A DNA stretch of 64,000 nucleotides from Camelus dromedarius (GCF_036321535.1 NC_087436.1:48486001-48550000); one strand, 5' to 3'; counted from the stretch's first letter, positions 37,940 through 52,600 are shown. Program-made: numbers and translations. The notes: a model not told the origin generated them from the sequence alone.

Positions 37940-40900
37940 TACAGGTACACATGAAGCTTTAAATTCCTCCCTGATATCATGATATATATGAGAATTTTTT
38001 TAAGGTATGTGCCCAAGAATGGCATTATTGGAAAATAGGATCTGTACATCATCAGCTTAGTATATATATTGTCTGATTGTTCACAGAAGTGGTTTTTATC
38101 ACTTCATCTTTTTACCATAATTGGATAAGGGTTCTCATTTCTCCACATACATAATAACACATGGTATTATCAAGTTTAAAGCAGTTATTGTTCTAAAACA
38201 AGTGGAATCGTATTTTGCTATAATACTAATTTTTAATTCCCTGATTAAAGTGCAGTTATCTGTCTTTTCATATTTTTGGCCATTTTTTTTTATCTCTTTT
38301 AGGCATTACTTAGCTCATATCTCTTTCCAGTTTTTTCATTGAGTGATTTTGTATTGATTTGAGGACTTTTAAAAATGTATTCACATATGGATGCTTTGTT
38401 GGCTATATACAGGCATACCTCAATGATAGCACTTAGCTTATTGCACTTTGCAGATCCTGCATTTTTTTGCAAATTGAAGATTTGTAGCAACCGTGCATCA
38501 GCCAAGCCTGTCAGCCCTATTTTTCCAACAGCATTTGCTTACTTTGTGTCTGTGTGTCACATTTTGGTAATTCTTGTAATATTTCAAACATTTTCATTAT
38601 TATTATTATATTTGTTATGGTGATCTGTGACCAGTGATCTTTCATGTTACTATTATAATTGTCTTGGGGCGCCCTGAATCAAGCCTATATAAGACAGCGA
38701 ACTTAATCTGTAAATATAGTGTGTGTCTGAGTGTTCCACCAACTGGCTATTCCAATTCTCTCCATCTTCTCTGGCCTCCCTGTTCCCTGAGATGCAAAAA
38801 TATCGATATTAAGCCAATAAATAACCCTACAGTGGCCTCTAAGTGTTCAAGTGTAAGAAAGAGTTGCACATCTCTCACTTTAAATCAAAAGCTAGAAATG
38901 GTTAAGCTTAGTATTGATGAAAGTGTGTCAAAATTTGAGGTAGGCCAAAAGCTAGACCTCTTGTGCCAAACAGCCAAGTTGTCAATAAGAAGAAAAAGTT
39001 CTTGAAGGAGAAGAAAAGTGCTACTCCAGTGAACATATGAATGATAAACAAGCAAAACAACCATATTGCTGATAAGGAGAAAGTTGTAGTGGTCTGGATA
39101 GATCAAACCAGCCACAGCATTCCCTTCAGCCAAAGCCTAATGCAGAGCAAGGCCAGCTCTCTTCAATGCTGTGAAGGCTGAGAGAGGTGAGGAAGCTGCA
39201 GAAGAAAAGTTTGAAGCTAGCAGCACTTGGTTCATGAGGTTTAAGGAAAGAAACCATCTCCAGAAAATAAAAATGCAAGGTGAAGCAGCAAATGCTGATG
39301 TATAAACTGCAGCAAGTTATCCTGAAGATCTAGCTAAAATAATTAATGAAGGTGGCTACACTAAACAACAGATTTTCCACGTAGATGAAACAGCCTTATA
39401 TTGGAAGATGCCATCTAGGACTTTCATAGCTAGGGAGGAGAAGCTAATGCCCGATTTCAAAGGACAGGCTGACCCCTCTTGTTAAGGGCTAATGCTGCTG
39501 GTAATGTTAAGTTGAAGGCAATGCTGATTTACCATTCTGAAAACCTTTAGAGCCCTCTAGAATGATGCTCAATCTGCTCTGCCTGTGCTCCATAAATGGA
39601 ACAACAAAGCCTAGATGACAGCCCATCTATTTACAACGTGGTTTACTAAATATTTTAAGCCAACTGTTGAGATCTACGGCTCAGAAAAATTTTTTTTTTT
39701 TCAAAATGTTCCCACTCACTGACAATGCACCTGGTCACCCAAGTGACCTGATGGAGATATACAACAAAACTAATATTTTTTTCATGCCTGCTAACATCCA
39801 TTCTGCTGCCCACAAATCAAGGGATTCATTTTGACTTTCAAGCCTTTTTCTTTAAGAAGTAAGTTAAGTAAGGCTCTAGCTGCTATGCATAGTGATTCCT
39901 CTGATGGATCTAAGCAAAGTCAATTGAACACTTTCTGGAAAGCATTCACCATTCTAGATGCCAATAACAACATTTATAATTCATGGGAAGAGATCAAAAT
40001 ATCCACATTAACAGGAATTTGGAAGAAGTTGATTCCAACCCTCAAGGATGACTTTGAAAGGTTCAAAACTTCAGGGCAAGACAGAACTACAGATGTGTTA
40101 GAAATAGCAAGAGAAGTAAAATTAGAAGTGGAGCCTGAAGATGTGACTGAATTGCTTCATTCTTATGATCAAACTTCAAATAACAGATGAGGAGTTGCTT
40201 CCTATGGATGAGAAAAGTGGTTTCTTCAGATGGAATCTACTCCTGGTGAAGATGCTGTAAAAATTGTTGAAATGACAACAAAAGATTGAGAATATTATTT
40301 AAACTTAGTTGATAAAGCAGCAGTAGGTTTTGAGGGGATTGACTCCAATTTTGAAAGAAATTCTGCTGTGGGTAAAATGCTATCAAAAGCATTGCATGCT
40401 TCAGAGAAATAATTCATGAAAAGAAGTGTCAATCGATGCAGCTTACTTTCATTGTTTTATTTTAAGGAGTTGCCATAGCCTCCCCAGCCTTCGGCAGTGA
40501 CAAGCCTAATCCCTCAGCAACCATAAACATCAATGCAAGACTCCACAGCAGCAAAAAGATTTTATATTATATTATACTCACTGAAGGCTCAGGTGGTGGT
40601 TAGCATTTTTTAGCAATGAAGTATTTTTAATTAAGATACGTACATTGTTTTGTTTTTTACATAATGCTATTGTATAATAGACTACAGTAAAAATAACTTT
40701 TATAGGTACTAGAAAACCAAAAAATTTGTGTAACTTACTTTATTATGATATTTGCTTTTTTGTGGTGGTCTGGAACCAAACCCACAATATCTTTGAGGTA
40801 TGCCTGTAGGTACTGCATGTATCCTCTAATCTGTGGCTTTTCCTTTAACTTTTTCATGGTGTCTTTTAATGAATAGAATTCGTAATTTTATTAATGTTTT

Positions 40901-41610
40901 TCTTTGTAGTCAAATATGTTTTATTTGATATATTTTACTTATTGTAACAGTTAAAGTTATACCAGGATTATAAACATATTTTTTATAAAATTTTTCTGTT
41001 TTCTTTCTAAAAGATTTAAAGACTTTTTTCCACATTTAGTCCATTAATTCACTGGCAGATTTTTTTTTTTGAATAAGATGTGAGGTAGGTGTCCAATATC
41101 ATATTTTGTTTATAATAAATAATCCCTTGTCTCAGCACTATATATTGAATAATCCGCCATTTACTTTTTTTGATCTGTAATGCCAACTCTTTCATATATG
41201 CATGGATATGTTTCTAGGCTTTTTATTCTGATCTTTGACCTATTTGTATAACCTTAGCCAATTGCACACTACATTAATACATTGTTTTATATGAGATCTT
41301 GATGCCTAGCAAGGGAGATCTCCAATTTATTCTCAAATACAAACTCTAACATGGAGTCCTTCTATTTGATTTTTATAATGATCTTGTCAAATTTTATTTT
41401 AGAAGTATAGGATTTTGATTATAATTGCATTGAATTTGTAGGTTATTCTGTAGAGAATTGGTATCTTCAACATATGGAGTCCTATTTCTTGAACATGGTA
41501 TAGATATACCATTTATTTAGGTCCTGTTTTATATCAAAATTTGCTTTTTAGTGTCTGTAGATCAGTTATCAGATTTATTTCTAAGATAGTTTATTTTTGG
41601 TCTTGTAAAT
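37940..41610 (-). mobile_element. Old L1 (L1M) split by the Tigger1 insertion
   Basis: Antisense L1 ORF2/3' sequence on both sides of Tigger1 (cccaagaatggcattattgg...; tgtgaggtagg...cagcacta...ttgaataa; ttgcattgaatttgtag). Confidence 0.65.
38410..40806 (+). mobile_element. Full-length Tigger1 DNA transposon (2397 bp) with decayed transposase
   Basis: TA|caggcatacctcaa ... ttgaggtatgcctg|TA gives a 14-bp perfect TIR and TA TSD. ORF remnants [26 protein letters not shown] and [10 protein letters not shown]...WKKLIP are pogo/Tigger transposase, broken by stops and frameshifts. Confidence 0.95.
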
Positions 41611-41639
41611 AGGATGTTTGTATGTGTGTACATGATGTT

Positions 41640-43378
41640 CCTTGCACTGAAATTAGTTTTGTTTGAAATTAATATAGCTATTCCAGTTTTCATTTAATTA
41701 GTGTTATGGTATAACTTCCCTTATCTCTACTTTTAATTTATCTATTACTTTATATTTAAAGTGGGTTTCTTTTAGACAACGTGAAGTTGGGTCTTTCTCC
41801 TTTTCTTTTGAAGGATAATTTTGCTGGATACAGAATTCTAGTTTGTTTGTTTTCTTTCAGTACTTTGGACATCTCACTCCACTCTCTTTCTTGCTTGCAT
41901 GGTTTTTGAAGAGCAATCCCATGTAATTCTTATCCTTGTTCCTCTATAGGTAAAGTTCCCCTCACCTCTGTCTTAGTTCTATTAAGATTTTCTTGTTGTC
42001 TTTGAGTTTTTATAGTTTGACTATGATATGCCTAGGTGTAGACTTTTTAAAAAAAATTTATCCTGCTTGTTGTTCTCTGAGCTTCTTGGATTTCATCATT
42101 TGGTGTATGTTTTATTTTAAAAATTTCTGTCATCATTACTTCAAATATTTCCTCCATTCCTTTCTCTATCCTCTTTTGTGTATTCCTGTTTACACGTAGG
42201 TTAAATCTTTTCATTCTTTCTTAGAATTTTCATCTCTCTGCTTATATTACCCACCTGATTTTGCATGTTGTCCATTTCTTCCCTTACAGCCCTTAGCATT
42301 TTAATTATAGTTATTTTAAATTGCTGGTCTGATAATTCCAAAATCTCTGCCATTTGTACATCTGGTTCTGAAGCTTGCTTTGTCTCTTCAGCATGTCTTT
42401 TTTACATTTTAGCATGCCTTACAATTGTATTTTTTGAAACAATTATATATATATAAGTAAAAGGAATTGTGGTAAATAGGCCTTTAAGTGCAAGATTTCA
42501 TGTTTATCTACCTATTTACTATTCGTGTAGCTTTTTTGTCAGAGGGTAAAATTTCCCCAAGTCTTCTTGTTCTTATCTTTGTTGTCTTTGGATTTCTTTG
42601 GAGATTGTTTTTTAAATAGGGTCTGAGGCTTGCAGTTTTTTCAGCTGGAATCCCCTGAATTATATAGGAACTCTACATACAGAGGTAAGGTGAGGAAGGA
42701 AAGTCGATAGGAGGGCTCATCCTATTGTTAGGTCTCTGTACTGTAGTGATCACTGGGCTATGAGCCTCTCAGCTTCCCTCCCCCTCTTTGAGTGAGACAG
42801 GAAGGCCAGAGAGAGCTGGAACTTGGGTACTTCGCTTCCTCACACCAGAGACTAGTGGGGCTAGACTCCCGAATTTCCCTTACCTCAGCTCAGTTAGGCT
42901 CTGGTAAAACAGCTTCCCTTGAGGGCAGGACTTTATTAATGAGAATGGGGTACTATGGGAGTATTTCAGAATGCTTACTTTGCCCCTCCTCCTACAAGAG
43001 ACATGAGGGAATTTTTCTTAGATCTTCACCCTGAGAACTTGATGGGACTTCTGGAGGTAAAACTCAGGAAAGCATAGAGTTTCCTCTAGGATTGGGCCTC
43101 CAGAACTTTTTATCTCTCAAGTTAGTCCTTGCTAAATCTGCGACAGTTAGTCAGTTACCCTTCAAATGTTCTAACCAGGCTCCAGCAATGGCTTTTGCTC
43201 CAGCTTAGCTGTGCTTCTCTGTATTTGCCGATCTCTTCACTTTTCCAGGGATCATTTTGCCTTGATTCTGATGGATCTAAAAGGAATTGTTGATTTTCAG
43301 TTTCATTAGCTTTTTCTTGTTGTTAGGACAGGAAGGATGACTTCCAAGCTGAGTGTTGGACTGGAAACCAAAACTTCT
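41640..43378 (-). mobile_element. Old L1 5' region (L1MC/MD-type 5' UTR and ORF1 pieces)
   Basis: ttgactatgatatgcctaggtgt (ORF1 antisense); tctgatggatctaa...gttgattttcagttt...gacttccaagct resembles the L1M 5' end. Confidence 0.65.
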
Positions 43379-43483
43379 AACCTTTTTAAATTTTTAAACA
43401 TCTATGGTCAAAGCTAATATATGTAATTTTCCTTGTTGTCTGTCACTAGGCCAACAGCTCAGCATCCTCCCTTCTGCCCCTAA

Positions 43484-43506
43484 CACACACACACACACAC
43501 ACACAA
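43484..43506. repeat. (CA)n microsatellite
   Basis: Directly visible. Confidence 0.95.
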
Positions 43507-45291
43507 TTCTTTCTTTACTTGTGTATAGCAGGGTCCCCTTCAGTTTGGCTACTTTTGTCCCATCGTGCTCTAAAGCCCTAGGCTGCAGTTATCAGTACAC
43601 TTTAGTGCTAGCTTACCTCCTTTCTTTTAAACCCAGCTTTGTGTCTATGTCATTGCACTTTCCTTACTCTTTTAGGCTCTTCCTGTCATTTAATATTTTA
43701 CATGTTATGTAGTAGGAGGGTGTTAGAATGTCTTATATGCTGTAATGCCAGGAATAGAAAATTAAAATATATATATAATTATTGTACTTGATACCCTAAA
43801 CTTATCATATCTTTGAAGAGAAAGAATGTGCATAGTGAACAAAATAAGTAGCACTACAAGGCAGCAAACAATAAAGTACATCCCAAATAAATGGTTTCAA
43901 CTGATTTCAACTTTACTCTTAATTTGTTTCTTTAATTTAAATATAATCCAAATTATATGAATACAAGTTAAATGAATATAGGCTTCAATCTTATTTACTA
44001 CCTCAATTCCTTTACATTTCCACTTTGGGAAATTTGAAATACTGTTTTCCATAATTATTAATAAAAAATTGTTAATTTGCTGATTTTTTAAATAATATGG
44101 AAATCAAATAATTTTTACCTTTTACTTTTCTGTGTAAGTATTTTTGCCTTTTAACCTTAAAATGCTAAATTTTTAACTAAAAAAAAGCAGAAAAGATACT
44201 AATAATATTTATGACTTTCAGGACAATAAAACCTAAACTTTAAAAAAATTGTGTACATTAATAATGCAGTAAAATATGGGAAAATCTTAGTTTTCAACTT
44301 AGAATTTTAATCCATGAAATATCTAAAGGTTTAAAGGCAAAATAGGCTAAATACATGTTGAATTTTAGAGAAAAGCCAGGCATGAATCCAATGTTTGCCA
44401 GATTCTCAGTATTGGATTTTCTTTGGCTTTTAAAAATTCTGGGAATAACTCAGTGGATGAGTGCACAATGACTGTAATCAACAAAAGATCAATGCTGGCC
44501 ACGCACAGAACTTGAACTTCTGTGTCATTCCCCAGAGGAACAGCCACTCTGCCTTCCAGTTGGAAGTTGAACTGAAGAGCAAAGCAGCAGGCAGGGTGGT
44601 ATTAACTGTAATCACCCTGCTTAGCATGTGTCTAAGGTTTTGATGTACTACTGCCTATCTTCTTATGTTTTTTGAAGAGTATCTGTAGCCTGGCAATGTT
44701 ATTATTTGGAGTAACATTAATTATAATGACTTTGTGAAAAAAATAAGAGAATTGAATTTTGTCATGTGATTTATCAGCTGTTTGAATCATTCATCTTCAA
44801 AGTATAATGTGAGAAATTCTTTTGTATCCTTTTTATTAGCACCTTACATTTGTCTTAGTTTGTATTAATGTCAAAAACAAAAATAAATCTGACTTGAGCT
44901 TTAAATTAAGAGATATATACACAAAAGTAACTTTTAAAATAATCTTCATATAATTCTAAAATGTTTTATCCATTTATTAAATTTCATACTGATTTTAGTA
45001 ATTCTGAATTGTTTTGGAAAACTATTATAATAGGTGTCTAACCTTTATAAGAGACACCGGGAGGTGAAAAAATCAAAAAACAAAAAAACTATTCTTCACA
45101 GCTAAGTTTAATCACTGGAGGTTTGGTATATTGGCATATTTATGTTAGGAATGAATTTTAGATTCTGTTTTATACTTTTTGTGGTACCTTTATAAATTCA
45201 TAATTTTTGCATTGTATTTCCTTTTAAATATGGATCAGTGTTTCTGTCTCAGATACTAAATATCATAAATATTTTCTCTTTAAATTCACAG

Positions 45292-45341
45292 AGATTAAAA
45301 GATGTTGGTGGAGAAGCATTTTACCCACTACTTGAAGATGA
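45292..45341 (+). CDS. TBCK: TBCK coding exon (50 nt)
   Basis: ttcacAG ... ga|GTgagt; RLKDVGGEAFYPLLED(D). Confidence 0.96.
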
Positions 45342-45345
45342 GTGA

Positions 45346-45660
<315 letters not shown>

Positions 45661-45973
45661 TAAGAGCCCATATACAATCTTTATTGTTTTATTTAATTAA
45701 TAATTCTTTGGGAATCTTGATGCCATGAGAACACTATCTTATGACCTATCTTTTCTGATTAACTTTAATTATAAAAATGATACCTGTCCATAGTACATAA
45801 AATTAAAAAGTAAACAAGATGCAGGAATCTATACAAAATCATATTAGACAAATTAATATCCTTGCTATTTAAAGAACATTTAAAATCAACAGAAAAAGTA
45901 CATTGAAACAGAGAAATGCATAAAGAGCACTACAGAAATACTAGTCAGTAAATCTATTCAAAATGCGTATTCT

Positions 45974-46108
45974 GAAGGGAGGGTATAGCTCAGTGGTAGA
46001 GTGCATACTTAGCATGCACGAAGTCCTGGGTTTAATCCCCAGTACCTCCATCAAAAAATAAATAAATAAACCTAATTATTCCCGCCCCCCCAAAAACAAA
46101 TATTTTTT
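45974..46108 (+). mobile_element. tRNA-derived SINE, vic-1 (camelid)-like
   Basis: gggagggtatagctcagtggtagagtgcatacttagcatgcacgaagtcctgggtttaatccccagtacctcc (A box and B box) plus an aaataaataaacctaatta tail; degenerate TSD aaatgcgtattct / aaatgtatgttct. Confidence 0.85.
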
Positions 46109-46729
46109 AAATGTATGTTCTTATTAGGAATTTAAAAAATTAAAATAGTCTTTTCTTGCATACTGAATTAGCAAAATTTAATAAAGGTATATTGAAATTG
46201 GAACTTTTGGAGTAAGTGTAAATTTATAGAAACATTCTGTAAAACAATTGAAAGTGTCTATCAAGAGCATAAATGATATTCATACCCTTCTTCCTAGTAA
46301 TTGTCTTCTAGAAATCTCTCCTAATGTACACATTTACAAAAGGACAAATTTATGTGCAAGGATATAGAAGTAGCCATAATAATAACTTATATTTATTGGA
46401 TACTTTCTGTATCACCAGATATTTTACAAAGTGCTTTATATACATTATTTTACACGTATGAGACTGGTAATATTATTCTACATATGAATCATTCTTAATT
46501 CTCCCAGATGACAAAATAGAGAGGAATGATTAAAAACAGTAGAATCAGCTCCTCTCTTTGATTGTACAATAGGAGATTCACAAGAGATAGCAAGCCATTC
46601 TGCTGCTAGCTCAGAGATTTATCACAGTTCACCTTCAACTACACCACTGGTATAGTCAGAACTGTCTAGATTAAAACAATGGCACTGGTAATCTGAGATA
46701 TTTTTATGTTTTTTCTTTAAAATTTGTAG

Positions 46730-46849
<120 letters not shown>

Positions 46850-48541
46850 TAGAAGCTGATTAATAGTGCTAAGAAAGAAGAATGAAAGTGCTTTCTGGAT
46901 GCATATTTTTCAAGCTGTTAGAAAATTATGTAGTAAAATATGAACAATAAGAATATTTGGCAATTTTAAGTGAAAAGAATAGAGAAAAAGAACAGACTGG
47001 ATAGAATATAAAAATATAATTGAAGGTTTATTAGATTTATGCTATTAATATGTATTTATGTATTTAGTGGGACTCACAGAAATTATCTTGGTTATTAATT
47101 TTAAAATCAGAATATTTTAAGAATAAGTATATATACATATGTATATTCATTTATAAGTGTGTAGTCCTGCTTATAAAGAATGTTCATCTTGGAATAGGAT
47201 TGCCTAATTATAAGTAATTATGTCTAGATTTGGAGAAATCTTCCAGTCCAATTTGAACCTTGTCAGAAATCATTAACATAATTTAGTGCCTTTTGGCACA
47301 TCCATTTTACCAGAAGCATGCTGCTAAAAGAAATAGCGATTTTATCTTGTACAACACCTTATCTGTGGCACTGAGGAAAGAAGAGGTGTCACAAAATTAT
47401 TAGGGTGCCTTGCAGTACTATCAGAGAACTTTAGTGACAGCAGTCATGATAATGGGCCAAATCCTGCCAAATTTTTTCTTTTCCTGTCAATTTCTTTGTC
47501 ATCTTGCCTTTTTTTATTCTCTTATAGATATACTATGGATGTCCATCACCTATTTTTTATGTGTGAATTTCCCCCAGTATTTTAATCCTTTTGACTCTCT
47601 GTTGAAAGAATTCCTTTTTTCATTCCTGATTCCCTTGATGAGAGTCTCTAAATATCTTTGAGTTTGGTTGGTTGCTTTACAAGAACACCTGGTGTTCTGT
47701 ACCTTATGTTAAGAGTTAGAATTGTAGCACCATATAATGCTTAAAGTTCAAGAGGGCTTAGAGATCAGGTTGTCCAAATCTTTCATTAAATAGATGTGCC
47801 AGAGAAGTTGACACAGCATGTGTTGTCAGAGTTTGAATCCCAAATTCCTGGCTCTTTCTCTACCATTATGGTTACACAGACTAATAAGAATTGTTTCATG
47901 TTTGGTCCTATAGAACATGACCAAAATTTGAAGTGGTTGATTTAGTTATTCCTTCTGTAATGGTGTAACTTAAAAATGTAAATGATTCCTTTAGTCTCTT
48001 AATCATTTCATAACTACATGATATTCAGCTCGTTAATTCATCCCAAACTTCTGCCTCCTGGTGTTGAACTACTACTTCTTTAAACAATTCCATTTTATTT
48101 TTGCTTTCATTGCCAACTTTAATGGGGAAATTTCTTGTAGGATGACCCCCTCACTACTCCCCCCAATTTTTAAAAAATTTCTTAATGAAATTGGCTGTGT
48201 GTGAGATAATAATGAATAGAGAGCAACAAGGCTGTGTTGTGTTGTGGAGTCTGGGAGATTGGCTAAACGTACTCGTTAGCTATGTGACTCATCCAGCACT
48301 ACTGTCTTCTGGTGTATACAATTCAAACGTCTATCTTAGCAAAATGGTTAATTATCTCACACTTTGTCACAGACCATCAAAGATGTAGAAATTTTTTCTA
48401 AACAGTATACTTTGGGTTTGAATATGCCTGTCTATAATTGGGTATGTTTTCAAAGATAGATGTTTATAAGTAGATTTTTGCCTAAATTTATAATTTATTA
48501 AGGGAATTATGAAGTAATATATCCTCTTTTATTTTTTACAG

Positions 48542-48604
48542 GGGGCGATTCAAGCCAAGTATGATGCAATTGATAAAGATACTCCAATTCCTACAGACAG
48601 ACAA
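48542..48604 (+). CDS. TBCK: TBCK coding exon (63 nt)
   Basis: ttttttacAG ... caa|GTatga; [21 protein letters not shown]. Confidence 0.96.
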
Positions 48605-49033
48605 GTATGATTTAGATTTTCTTAACCTAAGTCTGCCAAATCTTTAAATTTTAAAAAGGCATGAGGAATTGTCTTCCTTTTATTATGAATACTCAGCACC
48701 TATCACATGTATACGATTTTGCAGAAGCATAACTCTTAACTCTCTAAGATATACTCTAACTCATTAGTGAGTTAAAACTGTTCCTTAAAGGAGTTTAGGC
48801 CAAGTAACTTTTCCAAATAATGTACTTTTTTTGTCTGAAGAATTTGTCCTTTATTTAGGCCAGATTGCAAAGGAAGGTTTTTTGAAAACTAAATTAATAC
48901 ATACCTTTTCAATATAAACAAACTTTTTTCCAAGTATACTTACAACTTTTTTTTGTTGTTTCCAGAGTATTAATATAAAATTCAAAAACTTCAGACACCA
49001 AGATTATGTAGGTGGCCTATTCTGAATTCATAA

Positions 49034-49312
<279 letters not shown>

Positions 49313-50430
49313 TAAAACAAATATCAAAATATCCATGATTTGAGAAAGGTCAATACTAAAACTATGCTCTATTTTTTTGAGAGGTTTATATGAGAACTTT
49401 ATTTTTACTTTGTCTAAATGCCTAGTTAATATCATTTAAATGCATGCTATTTAATGAGACAACTTGTCATCCTGATGATTAGGAAAATATAAAGAATATT
49501 TTGTGCTATTGTAATCTTTGTGAATATATTCTTCAGTATTTATGCAAATAATAATTTTGTATCATAAATGATTTTGAGCTAGTTGATATTCTTGACATTT
49601 AATTATTTCCAAGTTACACTTATCATTCGGAGTAGGATATCACCCTAAACTTCTCATTTTAATTATTGTCTCTCTTTTTTTAATATCTTTGATCCTCCAT
49701 ATTCTTGATTTTTAGCTTTTCTCATTGCTATTTTTGTGGTCATTGATAAATTCATGAATGAGAAACTCATTTCACCCAGTCTTATTTTTGAATTTTTTGT
49801 TAAAAATAGTAGTGTTTATATTTCAATTCTCTATTTCTGGCCAAGCTTAAAGATGAAGCTATTATTTTTCCTAGCTCTGTTCATTTTAGAGTTCTATATC
49901 TCCCTAACAATTATAGATAAATTTATGTACATTCTTTCAACATGATAACATACAAATAGCATTATTATCAATAATAGAAATTTGTCATGTATCTGTATTT
50001 TACTTCACAACTTTTTAAAGGATTTTTTTTTCATTATCCCAGAGAATCATGTTAAGACAAATTTTCATCTCCTAGACTAGGAAACCTGCCTGGAGTTAAG
50101 TGATTGCCAAGATAACAGTCAGGGTCAGAGATGGGACTATATCCCAAGCTTTTTTTTTTATCATTTTCACATTTTTTGTTACTGTATTTCTCTCTTCAAC
50201 TCATAATAATATCAATAATAATAATAGTTGATTTATATTGGATGTTTACTCTGTGCCAGTCACTATCGTTACTCCTCACAATAACCCATAAGGTAATATA
50301 TTTCTGAATGGGTAATAAGTATAATGCTTAATCTATATAGAAGTAATGCAGAGAACTCAATAAGGTATATATCTACAATTCTGCTGGATTATGTTTGTTT
50401 GAATTCTTTCCCCCAACCTCTCTCCATCAG

Positions 50431-50481
50431 GTCTTGACTCACTTTGTGCTCCATTCCTATATTTAAATTTCAATAATGAAG
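50431..50481 (+). CDS. TBCK: TBCK coding exon (51 nt)
   Basis: ctccatcAG ... g|GTaagc; (G)LDSLCAPFLYLNFNNE(A). Confidence 0.96.
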
Positions 50482-51790
50482 GTAAGCCTATTTATCGTTT
50501 AAATAATTCTTGCGCGTATTCTTCTAAAAATATTTTATTCAAACATGAAAATTTTTTGTTTTCATTGTAAGGTTCTTGTCTTCCTGGTAGATAGTGTAAA
50601 TTTCTGTGAAATAATCTATTAGACTCATTTTAGAGGATATGGATGATTTTTATAACTGGAGAGTTTCAACTGTGATCAGGCAGTGACTAGAGATTTAGGG
50701 AGAATCTGATGAATTATTCTAAATGCATTCATCTACTTTGGTGACCATTTTTATGAAATTTTGAAGAAAATTCTGACTTTTTTAGAAGTTAGTTTTGGTC
50801 TATGTATACTTTCCAAACAATTTATAAAGAAAACAGTATTGATCTTGTATCTCCAAAGTCGATCATTTCAACCACTGCCTCCTTAATGAAGACTTTTCTT
50901 ACTCACCCTCCTGAATCCGTATGACACCTTGTATCTCCAGAAATTTATCTTGTGTGTTTTCTTTTATAATTATAGTAACCCTTTTTTTGGTTAGCAGATT
51001 TTTTTAATGACAAGGGGTTGTCTTCTGTCCCCTGATATAATGCCTTTTTTATAGTAGCTTTTTCAATAAATATTTGAATATTTATTATGACTGTCCCTAA
51101 TGATATCACATATAGAGAATGTTAACATAGCATAAATCTTTAGAAGTCTCAGTCTCAGAATCTCCATCTTTTCAAACTGTATTTCACATCAGAATTTGCA
51201 TAGGTTTCTAGAATTAAGTAGAAATAGCATAATCCCAGAGAACTAAAATTTTACTATTTGAATCATTTTTAAAATCCCTGTTCTCTGATATTATTCTTTA
51301 GACTACAGGTTTTACTGTGTTTAGTTAGGCATAGTCTGTTAACACATGTATTTGACCCAGGAATAGTAAAAGATCTGTGAGAGAGCAATTTATTACTAGT
51401 GTTTCTAAATCCAAAGTTCTCAGGCTATTTTGTTTGCATCAACAAAGATTAAGGATCTCAAGATTTATATAGCTCATTAATAATGATTATGTTTAGAGAT
51501 TTTTTAAAACGCATAAAGTTCTGGTATTAAGGTTTTTATTCTTGTGGGATGACGATTGCCACGGTAGTTTAAAATTGAAAAGTTACTTGGGTGGTTATCT
51601 TTTGATGTCCAAAATATTTTCTGTTTTAAATAGTAGAGGATTCTTTTCCCCTTTAATTTTGTGCGTCCTTCATTTATTAACAAAATTCTTGTTAAAAAGT
51701 AAATTCAAAGAATGTGTGTTAAGTGAGTGAGTGACTGCTGATCATTTACCTCATTAACTAAGTTTTTATATTTGCCTTATTCTTTCTTAG

Positions 51791-51874
51791 CCTTGGCTTA
51801 CGCGTGTATGTCTGCTTTTATCCCCAAATACCTGTATAACTTCTTCTTGAAAGACAACTCACATGTAATACAAG
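51791..51874 (+). CDS. TBCK: TBCK coding exon (84 nt)
   Basis: tctttcttAG ... g|GTaagc; (A)[27 protein letters not shown](E). Confidence 0.97.
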
Positions 51875-52419
51875 GTAAGCAAATGTGTTTCATCATCTTT
51901 TTATAGGGAAAGTCCTTATGTCAAAAGTGACAAATACACAGTGAAATTTATGATTTTGACTCAATAAAATATGGGAACAATCTTTCCTCCAAGTCCAGAA
52001 AGAATTATGATATTTTTCTAATAACTTTAATATCTAATCTTAGTTCAATTCAAATTCAGGCATGCCAGTTTAAGAAATTAAGAGTCTAGTTGTTTGTCTG
52101 TCTCACGATTAACAGTGCCAAAAAAAGCTTCACCATGGACAAGCCTATTTGAATTAGTAAAAAGTTTAAACAGTGTTTAATGGTGTAAGTAAATAGAATA
52201 ATGAAAACACTTCTCATTCATCTTATTCACCATGCTTGAACACCCAAAATATCCTCCTTCTTTCTTTTCTTTACTAAAAGATACCTCCTCCTTCAGAGTC
52301 CAGGACATAGCATAACCCATCTGTGAATTTTTTCAGGACTGCTTCAGCCACATTCAAACTTTTACTATCATTTTTAAACTCATTTTTTAAAGTAGTATAA
52401 TAAAAGTTTAATAATAAAC

Positions 52420-52600
52420 ACTTTTGAATCAGACAAACTTTGTTTCAACTTTAAGTTTCATTGCTTATTGTGAATCTTAAAAAATAAGGTATAATTTTCC
52501 TCATACCTGAAATAAAGATTGTTGTAAAGGTTAAACATAATAAAATGGGTGAATGCCTGGCACACAGAAGCATTCAATTCAATAACAATAATTGTTGTTT
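52420..52600 (+). mobile_element. MIR SINE
   Basis: tttgaatcagacaaact ... gattgttgtaaaggttaaacataata ... tgcctggcacacagaagcattcaat. Confidence 0.6.

Noticed and set aside
38634..40190. Functional or domesticated transposase gene
   Set aside because: The ORFs are short fragments in different frames with stops; the start codon has decayed to GTG.
45977..46050. tRNA gene (also 60155-60230)
   Set aside because: The tRNA-like head continues into a SINE tail and the stems are degenerate; these are SINEs, not tRNA genes.
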